Shown here: in pieces, positions 25,848 to 37,262 of the stretch | Position numbering within the stretch: position 1 is the first letter of the stretch | Layout of the letters: each line of letters starts with the position of its first letter | Origin: Malacoraja senta | Lineage: Eukaryota | Direction of reading: 5' to 3' | Assembly (NCBI GenBank): GCA_038087875.1 | Contig: JAXLNO010005840.1 | Coordinates: forward strand, 1 to 64,000 | Length of the DNA: 64,000 nucleotides | Made by a program: the position numbers and the translations under genes | The notes under the pieces: model-generated | What the model was told of the DNA's origin: nothing | Databases searched by the model: none | Seen by the model: only the letters and a program-made list of their open reading frames with translations

Positions 25848-26918
25848 TTATTTCTGTCTTTCAACAATCGTTTGGGCATATTTGAAAGCGTCTTCAGGCT
25901 TAACAAATGACTTTTCAAGACCATTAAAAGAAATACGCATTTTAGCGGGATAAAAAACCCCGAATCTGACCCCTTCTCTCCCTCTTAAAAGATCTTTAAC
26001 CTTATCAAATTTGTTTCTTTTTTGCACAATTTCATGTGGGTAGTCCCTGAATATCTTAATAGTGTCTTTGTCCAGCCGTAATTGTACACCATATTTGATT
26101 TTTGTCATAACATATTCCAGTTCTGCAGTGTCTCGAAATTTCACTATAATATGTCGTGGATAAGCTTTTCCCGCATCAAATCTTTTTCCAAATCTTGGGA
26201 CACGATGAGCCACTTCGATTTTCGGTTCCTTGGGAAGATTCAACAGTTGTTTCAACAAGCCCATGGCAAATTCACGTACCTGTTCCCCTTCTGCCCCCTC
26301 TGAAACACCAAGAATCCTCAGATTCTGGCGTCTAGAACGAGCTTCCAGGTCCAGGCATTTGAATGAGACTTTCTCTAATTGAGTCCCCATTTGTAGTGAT
26401 GCTTGTTCGTTTTCTCGCCTCATTTGCTCATGTTCTTGCCTCAATTTCGCCATGTCTTCGACCAGTCGTGCCGTATTTTTCTCCAATTCCGTAATTGTCT
26501 GCATACTTGCAGCTACTGTTTCAAGTACAGCCGTGAACTTATCCGTAGTAATTACATCCATCTTATCCATTTTCTCTGATAGTCCATCTTTCACCTCATC
26601 AATTCGTTTATTCATAGTGTCCAGTAAATCCGTCATATTCTTCTGGTTACCAGCATTTAAATCCTTCATCATCTTCTGCATTCCTTCCATCATTTTTGCC
26701 GAATTTTCCTTCATTTCCTTCTTATCTTCCACCCTATTATCCGAGATCTCATCTTTCAAATTTTTCATTGATTTTTTCAAGTCATCAAAGTCTTTCTTAG
26801 ATCTTGTATCCATTTCTGCAGCCACTTCAGAGACTTCAGAGGTAACTTCAGTTTCGAACTGTTTCGACAGTTTATTCACAGCTCTCTGAGGGCTCACAGC
26901 TGGAGTCAATTTACTCAT
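25848..26918 (-). CDS. L1 ORF1p (coiled coil + RRM + CTD)
   Basis: 356-aa open frame with a heptad-rich N half and the L1 ORF1 motifs DLEARSRRQNLRILGVSEG, IEVAHRV and PRHIIVKF. Confidence 0.95.
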   Translation of the reverse strand: MSKLTPAVSPQRAVNKLSKQFETEVTSEVSEVAAEMDTRSKKDFDDLKKSMKNLKDEISDNRVEDKKEMKENSAKMMEGMQKMMKDLNAGNQKNMTDLLDTMNKRIDEVKDGLSEKMDKMDVITTDKFTAVLETVAASMQTITELEKNTARLVEDMAKLRQEHEQMRRENEQASLQMGTQLEKVSFKCLDLEARSRRQNLRILGVSEGAEGEQVREFAMGLLKQLLNLPKEPKIEVAHRVPRFGKRFDAGKAYPRHIIVKFRDTAELEYVMTKIKYGVQLRLDKDTIKIFRDYPHEIVQKRNKFDKVKDLLRGREGVRFGVFYPAKMRISFNGLEKSFVKPEDAFKYAQTIVERQK

Positions 26919-27469
26919 TTAAAGGGCTTCAAACCACCGTTTAAAACATCGCGTTTAACGATGACGTCATCAGCGCGGTAACCAGAAGCTCCGGTAAGGT
27001 TTTTAAAAACAATCCCGATTTTCGGACCCGTTTTACACGATAAATCGTGAAGTTTTTCGGGAGAGGAGCTGGGTGCACGTCTGTTAGTCTAACATGACGC
27101 CACCGTCTTATTACCAAATACATGTCTCCACACTTTGCTATACTGAATTTCATCTGCCACTTCTCTGCCCACTCTCCTAACCCGAACAAGTCCTTCTGCA
27201 AAGTCCTTGCATCCTCTACACTGCCTGCCCCTCCACCTATTTTAGCATCATCTGCAAACTTGGCCACAAAACATTCAATCCCCTTATCCAAATCATTAAT
27301 AAACCACGTAAACATGACGACCGCACGTTTGGAGCTAAGAGTTGTCACTCAATCAATAACAAAATCCACAGTGTGTGCTAATCGTTTATTGATTTCGCAT
27401 TGTACTAGTGCCTCACTCTCTTCCCACATTTGGCCATAAACATGAACCTGTCAAACAATGCACTTTGTG

Positions 27470-28400
27470 TAAGAAAGAACTGCAGATGCTGGTCTAACTC
27501 AAAGGTAGACACAAAATGCTGGAGTAACTCAGCAGGCAGGCAGCATCTCTGGAGAGAAGGAATGGGCGACCTATCGGGTCGAGACCCTTCTTCAGTCTGA
27601 TGTCAGGGGAGTTGACGGGACAAAGATAGAATGTAGTTGAAGACATTAAGACTGGTGGGAGAACTGGGAAGGGGGAGACGATAGAGAGGGAACGCAAGGG
27701 CTATTTAAAGTTAGAAGTCAATGTTCATACCGCTGGGGTGTAAACTACTAAAGCGAAATATGAGGTGCTGTTCCTCCAATTTGCACTGGGCCTCACTCTG
27801 ACCATGGAGGAGACCCAGGACAGAAAGGTCAGATTGTGAATGGGAGGGGAAGTTGATGTGCTGAGCAACCAGGAGATCAGGTAGGTTAAGATGGACAGAG
27901 CGGAGTAGTTCAGTGAAATGATTGCCGAGCCTGTGCTAGGCCTCGCTGATGTAGAGAAGTTGGCTCCTGCAACTGCGGATACAGTAGTTGAGGTTGGAGG
28001 AGGTGCAAGTGAACCTCTGCCTCATCTGGAAAGACTGTTTGGGTCCTTGGATGGAGTCGAGAGGGGAGGGAAAGGGACATGTGTTGCATCTCCTGCAGTT
28101 GCAGGGGAAAGTACCTGGGGAGGGGGTGGTTTGGGTGGAAAAGGACGAGTTGACCAGGGAATTTCGGAGGGAACGGTCTCCACGGAAAGCAGAAAGAGGT
28201 GGAGATGGGAAGATGTGGCCAGTATTGGGATCCTGTTGGAGGTGGCAAAAATGATGGAGGATCATATGCTGTGCGACGGCTGATGGGGTGGAAGGTGAGG
28301 ACAAGGGGGACTCTGTCCTTGTTACGAATGTGGGGGGAAGGGAGAGCAAGAGCGGAGCAGCGAGGAAACCCTAGTGAGTGCCTCGCTCCTGTTTGTTTTA
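27470..28400 (-). mobile_element. Penelope-like element fragment (GIY-YIG)
   Basis: CNCRRCNTC, FTCTSSNLNYCIRSCRSQLLYISE, plus the terminal repeat. Confidence 0.85.
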
Positions 28401-28656
28401 CACGAGTTAAAATCAGTTTAAACCAATATCTGCAGTTCCTTCTTCCACAGAGGAAACGGGGCATTGTGCAAATCAATGCAGAAATTCCAGTCTGGATTGT
28501 ACTGAAACAGTGGAGATTAAACCCTTTTAACGTCCGCATGAACCAGACTGAATGTGTATTGCGCGCTTTTTTAAACTCAGTCGCCTCCGGTCAAGATTGA
28601 GATAAAGCCAAGACGCTTTTAGCCAGTAGCGAATAAAATGAGAATCATTAACTTAC

Positions 28657-28708
28657 CTGCTTGAGCCCCTTGTACGCGGAAGAAACTCAACAAGATGAAC
28701 AGAATCAT
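28657..28708 (-). CDS. MHC class I-like locus B, leader (signal peptide) exon
   Basis: ATG ATT CTG ... = MILFILLSFFRVQGAQA, then G|gtaagt: 52 nt with a consensus phase-1 donor. It splices in frame to the alpha1 exon (AQA-G-PHTL). Pairing with that alpha1 exon is inferred. Confidence 0.8.
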
Positions 28709-28782
28709 TTCACGCACAACCTCTCACATCAACAGCAGCAACTGAGCCAAACTTCACCAACATCAAAGCAGGATCTCATCAT

Positions 28783-28825
28783 GCAATCAGAATCAAAATA
28801 CCACGGGTCGTCACCAGTTGTCGAG
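28783..28825 (-). promoter_or_regulatory. MHC-type X1X2-Y promoter module upstream of the locus B leader
   Basis: Minus strand CTCGACAACTGGTGACG (X1-like plus CRE half-site TGACG, 28825-28809), an 18-nt spacer, then CTGATTGC (Y-box-like, 28790-28783), about 75 nt upstream of the leader ATG. Confidence 0.65.
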
Positions 28826-31800
28826 CGATGTCATTGAACCAGCAGGAAACAATTGACTGTAATGGAGACACGAGGAGGTGCTGATGCTGATTTACAACAA
28901 CAAAAGACACAAAGTGCTGGTGTAACTCAACAGGTCAGGTGGCAACTCCGGAGGGCATAGATAGGTGACGATAGACACAAAGCGCTGGAGTAACTCAACG
29001 GGTCGAGCAGCATCTTTGGAGAAAAAGGATAGGTGACTATTGTCAGTCTGAAGTAGGGTCCCAATCTGAAACAGCGCCTGTCAATGTCCTCCAGAGATGT
29101 TGTCCGACCTGCTGAGTTACTCCAGCACTTTGGTTTTATCACACTCTATAGCAAATGGAATGGAAAGGCAGGGCGTAGTTGCCTGGAACTGTAATTACGT
29201 TTCAGATAACTCCATTCTTATGCTGCTAACTGCTCCTTATGTTATGATTCAGGAGACCCATAAATCCAATGCCTATCCTGACTTGAATCATTACAATGCA
29301 GAACAAAAAGGAGGAAACCAAACACTGTACACAGCAGGTAGAGCTGCTGCCTCACAGCACCAGAGACCAGCGTTAGATCCTGACCTCTGGTATTGTCTGT
29401 GTAGATTTTCTTTAAGAAAGAACTGCAGATGCTGGAAAAATCGAAGGTAGACAAAAATGCTGGAGAAACTCAGCGGGTGAGGCAGCATCTATGGAGCAAA
29501 GGAATAGGCGACGTTTCTGGTCGAAACCCTCCAAGAAGGGTCTTGACCCAAAACTATTCCTTCGCTCCATAGATGCTGCCTCACCCCCTGGGTTTCTCCA
29601 GCATTTTTGTCTAGCTACTGTATAGATTTTGTTCCTTCTTCCTGTGACCACCTGGGTTCTTCCCGGGTGCTCTGGTTTTCTCCCACATTCCACAGGTGTG
29701 TGGGTTTGTCAGTTAATTGACATCTGTAAATTTCCCCTAGTGTGTGTGGGGATTGGACAAAAAAGTGGGATAACATTGAACTAGTATGAAGGGGTGACCG
29801 GTGGTCAGCATGGTGGGCTGAAGGGCCTGTTTCCATGTTGTATCTTTCAACTCAAAATGGAATTCTGTAAAACAGTTATATTGGAAACTAGTTTGGACAT
29901 TGAAACTGTGGAGCAAATGGTGGTGGATATAGACGGCGATGGTGTCTACAAATTTATCAAGGATCTATATCCGATATGGGGAGAACTTACACAATAGCAT
30001 TGGTATTGGTTTATTATTGTCACTTGTATTGTGATATAGTGAAAAGCTTTTATTTGCATCCTAATCAAACCAGATCAGGAATGACTGAGGGATTGTATTG
30101 AACAACAGGGCAGGCTTGTGGGCCTGTTTCAATGCAATAAACTCCATATCAATGTACCATATAAAGAATGCAGGTGCTGGTATGGTTGGTGATGAGCCCA
30201 AAATATTGCTTTTGTAATTCAAGATATCCTCAGTGTTGCAACGGTAGAGTTGCTGCCTATAGCAGCAGAGACTCAGGTCGATTCTGACTAACGGTGCTGT
30301 CTGTACGGTGTTTGTACATTCTCCCTGCATCTCCATGCGTGACTGCATTGTTTTTCTCTGGGTGCTCCAGTTTCCTCCCACATCTCAAAGAAGTACAGGT
30401 TTTTAGGTTAATTTGCTTTGGTAAAATTGTAAATTGTCACCTGTCGTGGTATAGTACTATTGTACGGGGAGTTAGCGAGGACTCGGTGGGCCGAAGGGCC
30501 TGCTTCCATGATGTACCTCTGAAGTCTAATGTCAAAATGTTAATTTCTATTCATTTTAAGTTTCAGCTCTTAACCAAAATCATTTCAATCAACCCAAAGA
30601 TGTCTGTGTTTCTCCCTCACTACATCAGATTTAAGTCTGCATTTTTAAAAATGCTTTTAATTTTGCTCGGATAGTGCTGAACTAATTTGCTTATGTTACT
30701 GGAGTTATAACTCACAGCAGTGACCACAGTAAGCAAGAGACATCAAATACATGAACACAAGAAAGGAGAAGCAGGAATAGGCCCACAAGCCACTGGCAGA
30801 ATTAGTCCAAACCAATGTTTTAGTCCATATTACTCAACCACTGATAGAGGCCACATTATTCTGCTCCCTTCTCCCTAAAGTTGAGTTTATTATTGTAATG
30901 TGTACAAAAATACGGTGAAATACCATGTTTTGCATGCTATCCAGTCATAATACACCATACATGAGTGCAATCATAAACAAGTAAGAGTGCAATGATTGTA
31001 GTGGGTAATTGTAGAGATCACAAGAAAAATGAAGTACTTGTTGGCCATGAGTAAAGTCTGTTCTGCAGCTCAATTAGGTCATGACTGATCTACTCATGAC
31101 CAGAAGAGTCTGTAGCCAGTAACCAACAACTTCCCAAAGAAACAAATCCATCCTTCTCAGTAACGTAATGAATCTACACTCTGCAGTTGAAAATTCCCAT
31201 GATTCGTTATCATCTGGGAGAAAAATAAAACAATTTTCTCCTCAGTTTGAAACCTTGGCCTCCAAGGTGTAGTTTCCTCCATGAGGGGAACTATCAAGAA
31301 CAGGAGGAAATAGAACAGTAGTAGGCTATCAGCCCCTGAGAATAGTCACCAAACTTGTCCCACCATTCAATAAAATGATCACTGTTCAGTTGGCCTCAGC
31401 TCCTTAGATTAGTTTGGTTTAGAGGTACAGCCTTGAAACAGGCCCTTAGGCCCACTGAGTCTGTGCTGACCAGTGATCCCCCCACACTAACACTATCCTA
31501 CACACACCTGGGGCAATTAACCTGCAAACCTGCATGTCTTTGGAGTGTGGGAGGAAGCTGGAAGCCCCAGAGAAAACCCACACAGGTCACAGGGAGAACG
31601 TAAAAAATCCATACATACAGCACCCATGGTCAAGATCAAACCTGGGTCTCTGCCACTGTAGCAACTCTACCGCTGCTACTCCGTGCCACCCCTTTGCGTC
31701 ACCATGCTGCCTACACAGTTCTATCCTATACACATAGGACAATTTACAGATGCCAATTAACCTATAAACCTGCAGGTCTTTGGAACTGGGAGGAAACGAA

Positions 31801-32689
31801 AGCACCAGGGAAAACCCATGCAGTCACAGAGAGAACATACAAAGTTGGTACAGACAGCACCCTTAGTCAGGATCAAACCGGAGTCACAGGTACTGCAAGG
31901 AAGTAACTCCACTGCTGTGCCCCTCTGATTGAAATGTTGGTTGCAAGTTCTAACTTTATTCATGAGGGTAATCGTCCACAACACAAGTAAAAATAGCAGA
32001 AGTGGACTACTCCTCTGTTCCTTTACCCCAAAACCGTCAATTGCCTGAATCTTTCAAAGATTTCTCTATCTGTTCATAAGCATATCTAATGCCTTAGCCA
32101 CCACCACCTCTGGGCACAGAATTCCAGCGATTCACACCGTTCTGAAAGAAGTAATTTTTATGTACCTCACTTTTAAACAACTGGTCCCTTATTCTGTAGT
32201 TGTTTCCCATTGTTTTTAGACTTTCCCACCAGTGAAACATCTCAACATCTATCATGAAAAGCCCCTTAAGATATTGCATGTGTGAATAAGGTCACTCATC
32301 ACTTTCTACACTCCAAGGAATGCAGACCTAAAGTGTTTACCGCTCTTGATGGGACAACCTTTTCATCTCTTGACTTAGTTTGGTGAATTTCACCTGGTCT
32401 GCATCCAATGCTCCTATACCCTATTTAATGTTAAACTGTGTGCGGTTTTCCAGTTATTGACTCACTATCATCCTGCATAATTCCAATATAACTTCCCTGT
32501 TCTTAAATTCCATCCCCTTTGCAGTAAAGACTGCATTTTTTCCATTGGTTACTGGGCCTGCTACTAACTTAATTTGATGCATGCACTTGAATACCAAGAT
32601 CCCATCTGAACTTCACTCAGTTACAGTCTCTCTCCATTTAGACAAGAATCCACCATTTAAGGTTTAGCTTGAGGTTTGTTATTGTGATG

Positions 32690-33400
32690 TGTACCAAGGT
32701 ACGGTGAAAAGCATTGTGTTTGCTGTTGTATACATAAATACTATCAAGCCAAACGCAAGTACAATAGGCAGACTGAAGGATAAGATACAGAGTGAAGAAT
32801 ATAGCTCTCAACATTATTGTACAACAGTTCCAGAGACAAAATCCAATGGCCATATTGAGGTAAAGGAGAATTGGGAATGGGTCCTAGCACATGGAACATT
32901 CAAAAGCCTGATAACAGAGGAGAAGAAGCTGTTCCTGTGTCTGGTGCTCTACACCTTTAAGCTCTGCATCTTCTGCCTGATGGAAGTGGAGAAAAAAGGA
33001 ATCACTAGTGTGAGAAAGGTCTTTGACTATGTTGGCTGTCTTCCTGAAGAGGCAGGAAGTGTAAATGGAGACAATGATGGGCAGTCTGGTCTGTGTGATG
33101 GACTGTGCTACATCTACACCTCTCTGCAATATCTTGTGGTCTTGGGCAAAGCTATTCTGAAAACAAGCTGTGATGTAACCTGATAGTATGCTTTCTATGG
33201 TGCATCTATGGAAGTTGGTAAGAGTCATTGGACACATACCAAATTTCCTCAGTCGTCTGAGGAAATGGAGGCATTGGTGTGCCTTCTTGGCTGTCCCTTC
33301 AATGTGGTTGGTCCATCAAGGTTCGTTGGTAATATTTACACCAAAGAATTTTAAGCTCTCAACCATTTCTACTTTGGCACCATTGATACTGATTGGGGCA
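32690..33400 (-). mobile_element. Rex1/Babar LINE 3' fragment
   Basis: VEMVESLKFFGVNI, LTNFHRCTIESILSGYIT. Confidence 0.75.
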
Positions 33401-34221
33401 AGCTGACTTGATTCCTTATGCCAAAGAGCATGACTCGAAACATCACCAATTCTACCTAGAGATGCTGCTTGTCCTGCTAAGTTACTCCAGCATTTTGTGT
33501 CTACCTTCAGTGTGAAGCAGCATTTGCAGTTCCTTCCTACACAATTTGGCTGCTCCACTGAGAAATCTCCTCAAGGTATGCCTACTTTGAAGAAGTTCTC
33601 CTCTCTCCAACGAGAGTTCTACAGTCCGAAAATGGGTCTCGACCTGAAACGTCACCCATTCCTTCTATCTAGAGATGCTGCCTGTCCCGCTGAGTTATTC
33701 CAGCATTTTGTGTCTATCTTCAGCATGACCTCACAGTTTCCCACATTAAACACATTAGCCAGGTTTTGACTAATCACTCAAGCTATCTATATCCTGTTGT
33801 AAAATCATACTTTCCTCATTAAACCGTGCCATTTCATCTATTTTTGTATCATTGCCAAAACTGTCCTTACATTGGTTCCCTGCTCCAATTAGTTGAGGGG
33901 AGCCCTGATAGAAGTATGTAAAATTATGAAAGGCATGGATAAGTTTGGCTCCCGTTTGGCAGAAGGTGCAGAAGATTGAAGGCACGTACCACCAGCCTCA
34001 GCGACAGCTTCTTCCCCTCTGTTATCTGGCTACTGAACTGTTTTTCTGTAGGTTATGGTAAGTATGATTTACCTCTATCCACTGAGATCATTGGTGTTTC
34101 TCACTGGAACTGATGCGCTACAATGCTGAGATCGTTATGCTGCATGATATTATTCCCCTTTTAATTGATTATATCTGTGTATGGTATATCCAATCTGTTT
34201 GGATAGCATGGCATGCCTAGG

Positions 34222-35255
34222 TCCTTGGATGGAGTTAAGGGGGGAGGTAAAGCGACAAGTGTAGCATTTCCTGCAGTTGCAAGGGAAAGTACCAGGGGAG
34301 GGAGTGGTTTGGGTGGGAAGGGACAAATTGACCAGGGAGTTACAGAGGGTGCAGTCTCTTCAGAAAGCTGAAAGGGGAGAAGATGAGAAGATGTGGCCAG
34401 TGATGGGATCCCGTTGGAGGTGGCGAATATGTCGGAGGATTATCTGTTGTATGTGACGGCTGGTAGGGTGTAATGTGAGGACAAGGGGGACTTGTCACGA
34501 GTGGGGGGATGGGGAGTGAGAGCGGAGCAACGAGATATAGAAGAGACCCTGCTGAGAGCCTCATCTACAGTCGAAGAGAAGAAGCCCCGTTCCTTAACCT
34601 TCCCCTCCCCTGGCACTTTCACTTGCAACCGCAGGAAATGCTACACTTGTCGCTTTATCTCCCCCCTTGACTCCATCCAAGGGCCTAAGCAGTCTTTCCA
34701 AGTGAGGCAGAAGTTCACCTGCCCCTCCTCCAACCTCATCTATTGCATCCGCTGCTCTAGGTGTCAACTGCTCTACATCGGTGAGACCAAGCGCAGGATT
34801 GGCGATCGCTTCGCCCAACACCTCCGCTCAGTCCGCATTAACCAACCTGATCTCCCAGTGGCTCAGCACTTCAACTCCCCCTCCCATTCAGAATCCGACC
34901 TTTCTGTCCTGGGTCTCCTCCACGGCCAGAGTAAGACCCTCCGCAAATTGGAGGAGCAGCATATCATTTTTCGCTTGGGTAGTTTACACCCCAGCGGTAT
35001 GAACATTGACCTCCATTTTCAGGTAGTCTTTGCTTTCTCCCTCCTTCCCCTCCCCTTCGAAGCTCTCCCACAGCCTACTATTTCCACCTCTTCCTTTCTT
35101 CTTCCCGCCCCACACCCCCATATCAGTCTGAAGAAGTGTCTCGACCCAAAACGTCACCTATTCCTTTGCTCCATAGATGCTGCCTCACTGCTGAGTTTCT
35201 CCAGCATTTTTGTCTACCTTGGATTTTTCCAGCATCTGCAGTTCTTTCTTAAACA
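34222..35255 (+). mobile_element. Penelope-like element: GIY-YIG endonuclease end with inverted 5' duplication and terminal repeat
   Basis: CNRRKCYTC, NLIYCIRCSRCQLLYIGETKRRIGDRFAQHL, LPVAQHFN, EQHIIFRLGSLHPSGMN. 34222-34490 is an inverted copy that includes the sequence at 34590-34690. Confidence 0.9.
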
Positions 35256-35662
35256 TGTACTTGTTCCTTGTACTTTTCCTGAGTGTATGGTGGGGGTAAT
35301 ATGGAGTGAGCTTTACCCAAAATCAAATGCGAGGTAAGAGTTGTTTAATTGTCATATGTATCAACAATAGAACAACAAAATTCTGACTTGCTGCAGCTTC
35401 ACCTGCATGTAACTGCAATAACACAGAGATAATATAAAACAATCAATATAACAATAAATTAATAACTGTAATACTGGACTATCATAATAGTGCAAAAAAC
35501 TAAATTCATATTACATTCAAAGACAGTCCGTAGATGATCATAGATGCTGAAGTTAGTTTTGTGTGGTGTTGAAGAGCCTGATGATTGCTGAGAAGAGACT
35601 ATTCTTGAATCTGGTTGTCACGGTTTTCAGGCTGCTGTATCTTTCCCTATATCTATACTTAG

Positions 35663-35968
35663 GGGCGGCAGGGTGGCACAGCGGTAGAGTTGCTGCCTTA
35701 TAGCACCAGACACCAGGGTTCGATCCTGACTATGGGTGCGGTCCACACGGAGTTTGTATGTTGGGTGAACGCATGGGTTTTCTCCGGGTGCTCCAGTTTC
35801 CTCCCACACTCCAAAGACGTACAGGTTTGTAGGTTAATTGGTTTGTAAATTGTAATTTGTACCTAGTGTGTGTAGGAAAGTGCCAATGTAAAGGGATCAT
35901 TGGTCTTCGCAAATTTGGTAGGCCGAAAGGCCTGTTTCCATGCTGTATCTCTAAACTAAACTAAACTA
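35663..35968 (+). mobile_element. HE1-like SINE
   Basis: Full head to (ctaaa)n tail. Further copies lie near 9195, 10937, 13958, 30190, 31405, 36574, 50219, 51205, 61620, 61980 and 63457. Confidence 0.85.
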
Positions 35969-36014
35969 ATTCTGCCCTGAGAGTGTGTGCATGGACAACG
36001 CAGACACAGCTTAA

Positions 36015-36329
36015 AGGCCCTGTCCCACTGTACGAGCTAATTCAAGAGTTCTCCCGAGTTTCCCCTGATTCGAACTCGGAGAATTACGGTAATAGCCGCT
36101 CGTAGGTACTTGGGGCTCTCGTGGACTTTTTTCAACATGTTGAAAAATCTTCACGAGTCTTCACGAGCTTACCGCGTTTCCCGAGTACCTGCCGTTAGCG
36201 TTACGAGCCGCTAGGAGATGTCCCGAGCTCCGACGTACCAGCTACGTACCATCTACGTGCTTACCACGAGTTTGATTTTTTTTTAAACTCGGGAGAGCTC
36301 TTGAATTACCTCGTACATTGGGACAGGCT
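36015..36329. mobile_element. MITE with long TIRs, TTAA-type target (Kolobok/T2-like)
   Basis: ttaa-AGGCCCTGTCCCACTGTACGAGCTAATTCAAGAG ... CTCTTGAATTACCTCGTACATTGGGACAGG; ~45-bp TIR; a second copy at 49128. Confidence 0.8.
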
Positions 36330-37124
36330 TTGAATTTTCTTTTTAAAAGGCAGTACATTGAGGCAACTGGCAGAATTGGTGCCCCTCTGCTACAGCAACT
36401 TGGATTCAATCCTGATCTCGGGTACAACGTGTATCATTTTCTTGTTCTCCCTATGACACGTGGATTTCCACCAAATGCTCCGTTCCTCCTATATCTCAAA
36501 GACATGCGAGTTGGTTGGTTAATTGAATTTTGTAAATTGCCCAGTGTGTGATTGGATGACAGATGTTGTCTATGTTTAGTTTAGTTTAGAGATACAGTGA
36601 GGAAACAGACCCAACAGCCCACCGGGCCTGCACCGACCAGCGATCCCCACATTTTAACACTACCCTACACACACTAGGGGTAATTTTACCTTTTATACCA
36701 AGCCAATTAACGTACAAACCTGTACGTCTTTGGAGTGTGGGAGGAAACCGAAGATCTTGGAGAAAACCTACGCAGGTCACGGAGAGAACGTACAAACTCC
36801 ATATAGAAAAGCACTTGTAGTCAGGATTGAACCCAGATCTCTGGCACTGTAATGCAGTAGCCTTACGACTATGCCACCATGCCATCCTTCAGCAAGGCCC
36901 CACATGGGTGGCTGGTCCATTAGGTTGGAAAACATGTGATCCAGGGTGAGCTAGTCAATTGGACACAAAGTTGGCTTGGTGGTAGGAGTCAGAGAGTGGT
37001 AGTGGAGGGTTGTTTTTTTTACATAGGAAGCCTGTGACCAGTGGTATGCCTCAGGGACTGATGCTCTGATGTCATTCAGTCACACACAGTGCTCTCAGAC
37101 TGATTAATGATTTCAATTTGCAGA

Positions 37125-37262
37125 AATGAAAGAGATGAAGGAAAGAGAGATAGAGCTGAGGGATGAGAGATGGAGAGATAAATAGATGGAGGGAAATAGG
37201 GAGATAGAGAGAGAGAGATATATATAGTGAGATGGAGAGAGATGATAGATAGAGAGAGGGAT
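37125..37262. repeat. GA-rich low-complexity tract
   Basis: Degenerate (GA/GATA)n. Confidence 0.8.

Larger units (their letters stand above)
20825..27107 (-). mobile_element. Full-length L1-clade LINE, both ORFs intact
   Basis: CpG-rich 5' UTR, ORF1, ~800-bp inter-ORF spacer, ORF2, 3' UTR with AATAAA, and a ~33-nt poly(A) (poly-T at 20825-20857). It is inserted into a CR1 relic whose halves rejoin (ttggtaataa|gaataaagg). Confidence 0.97.
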
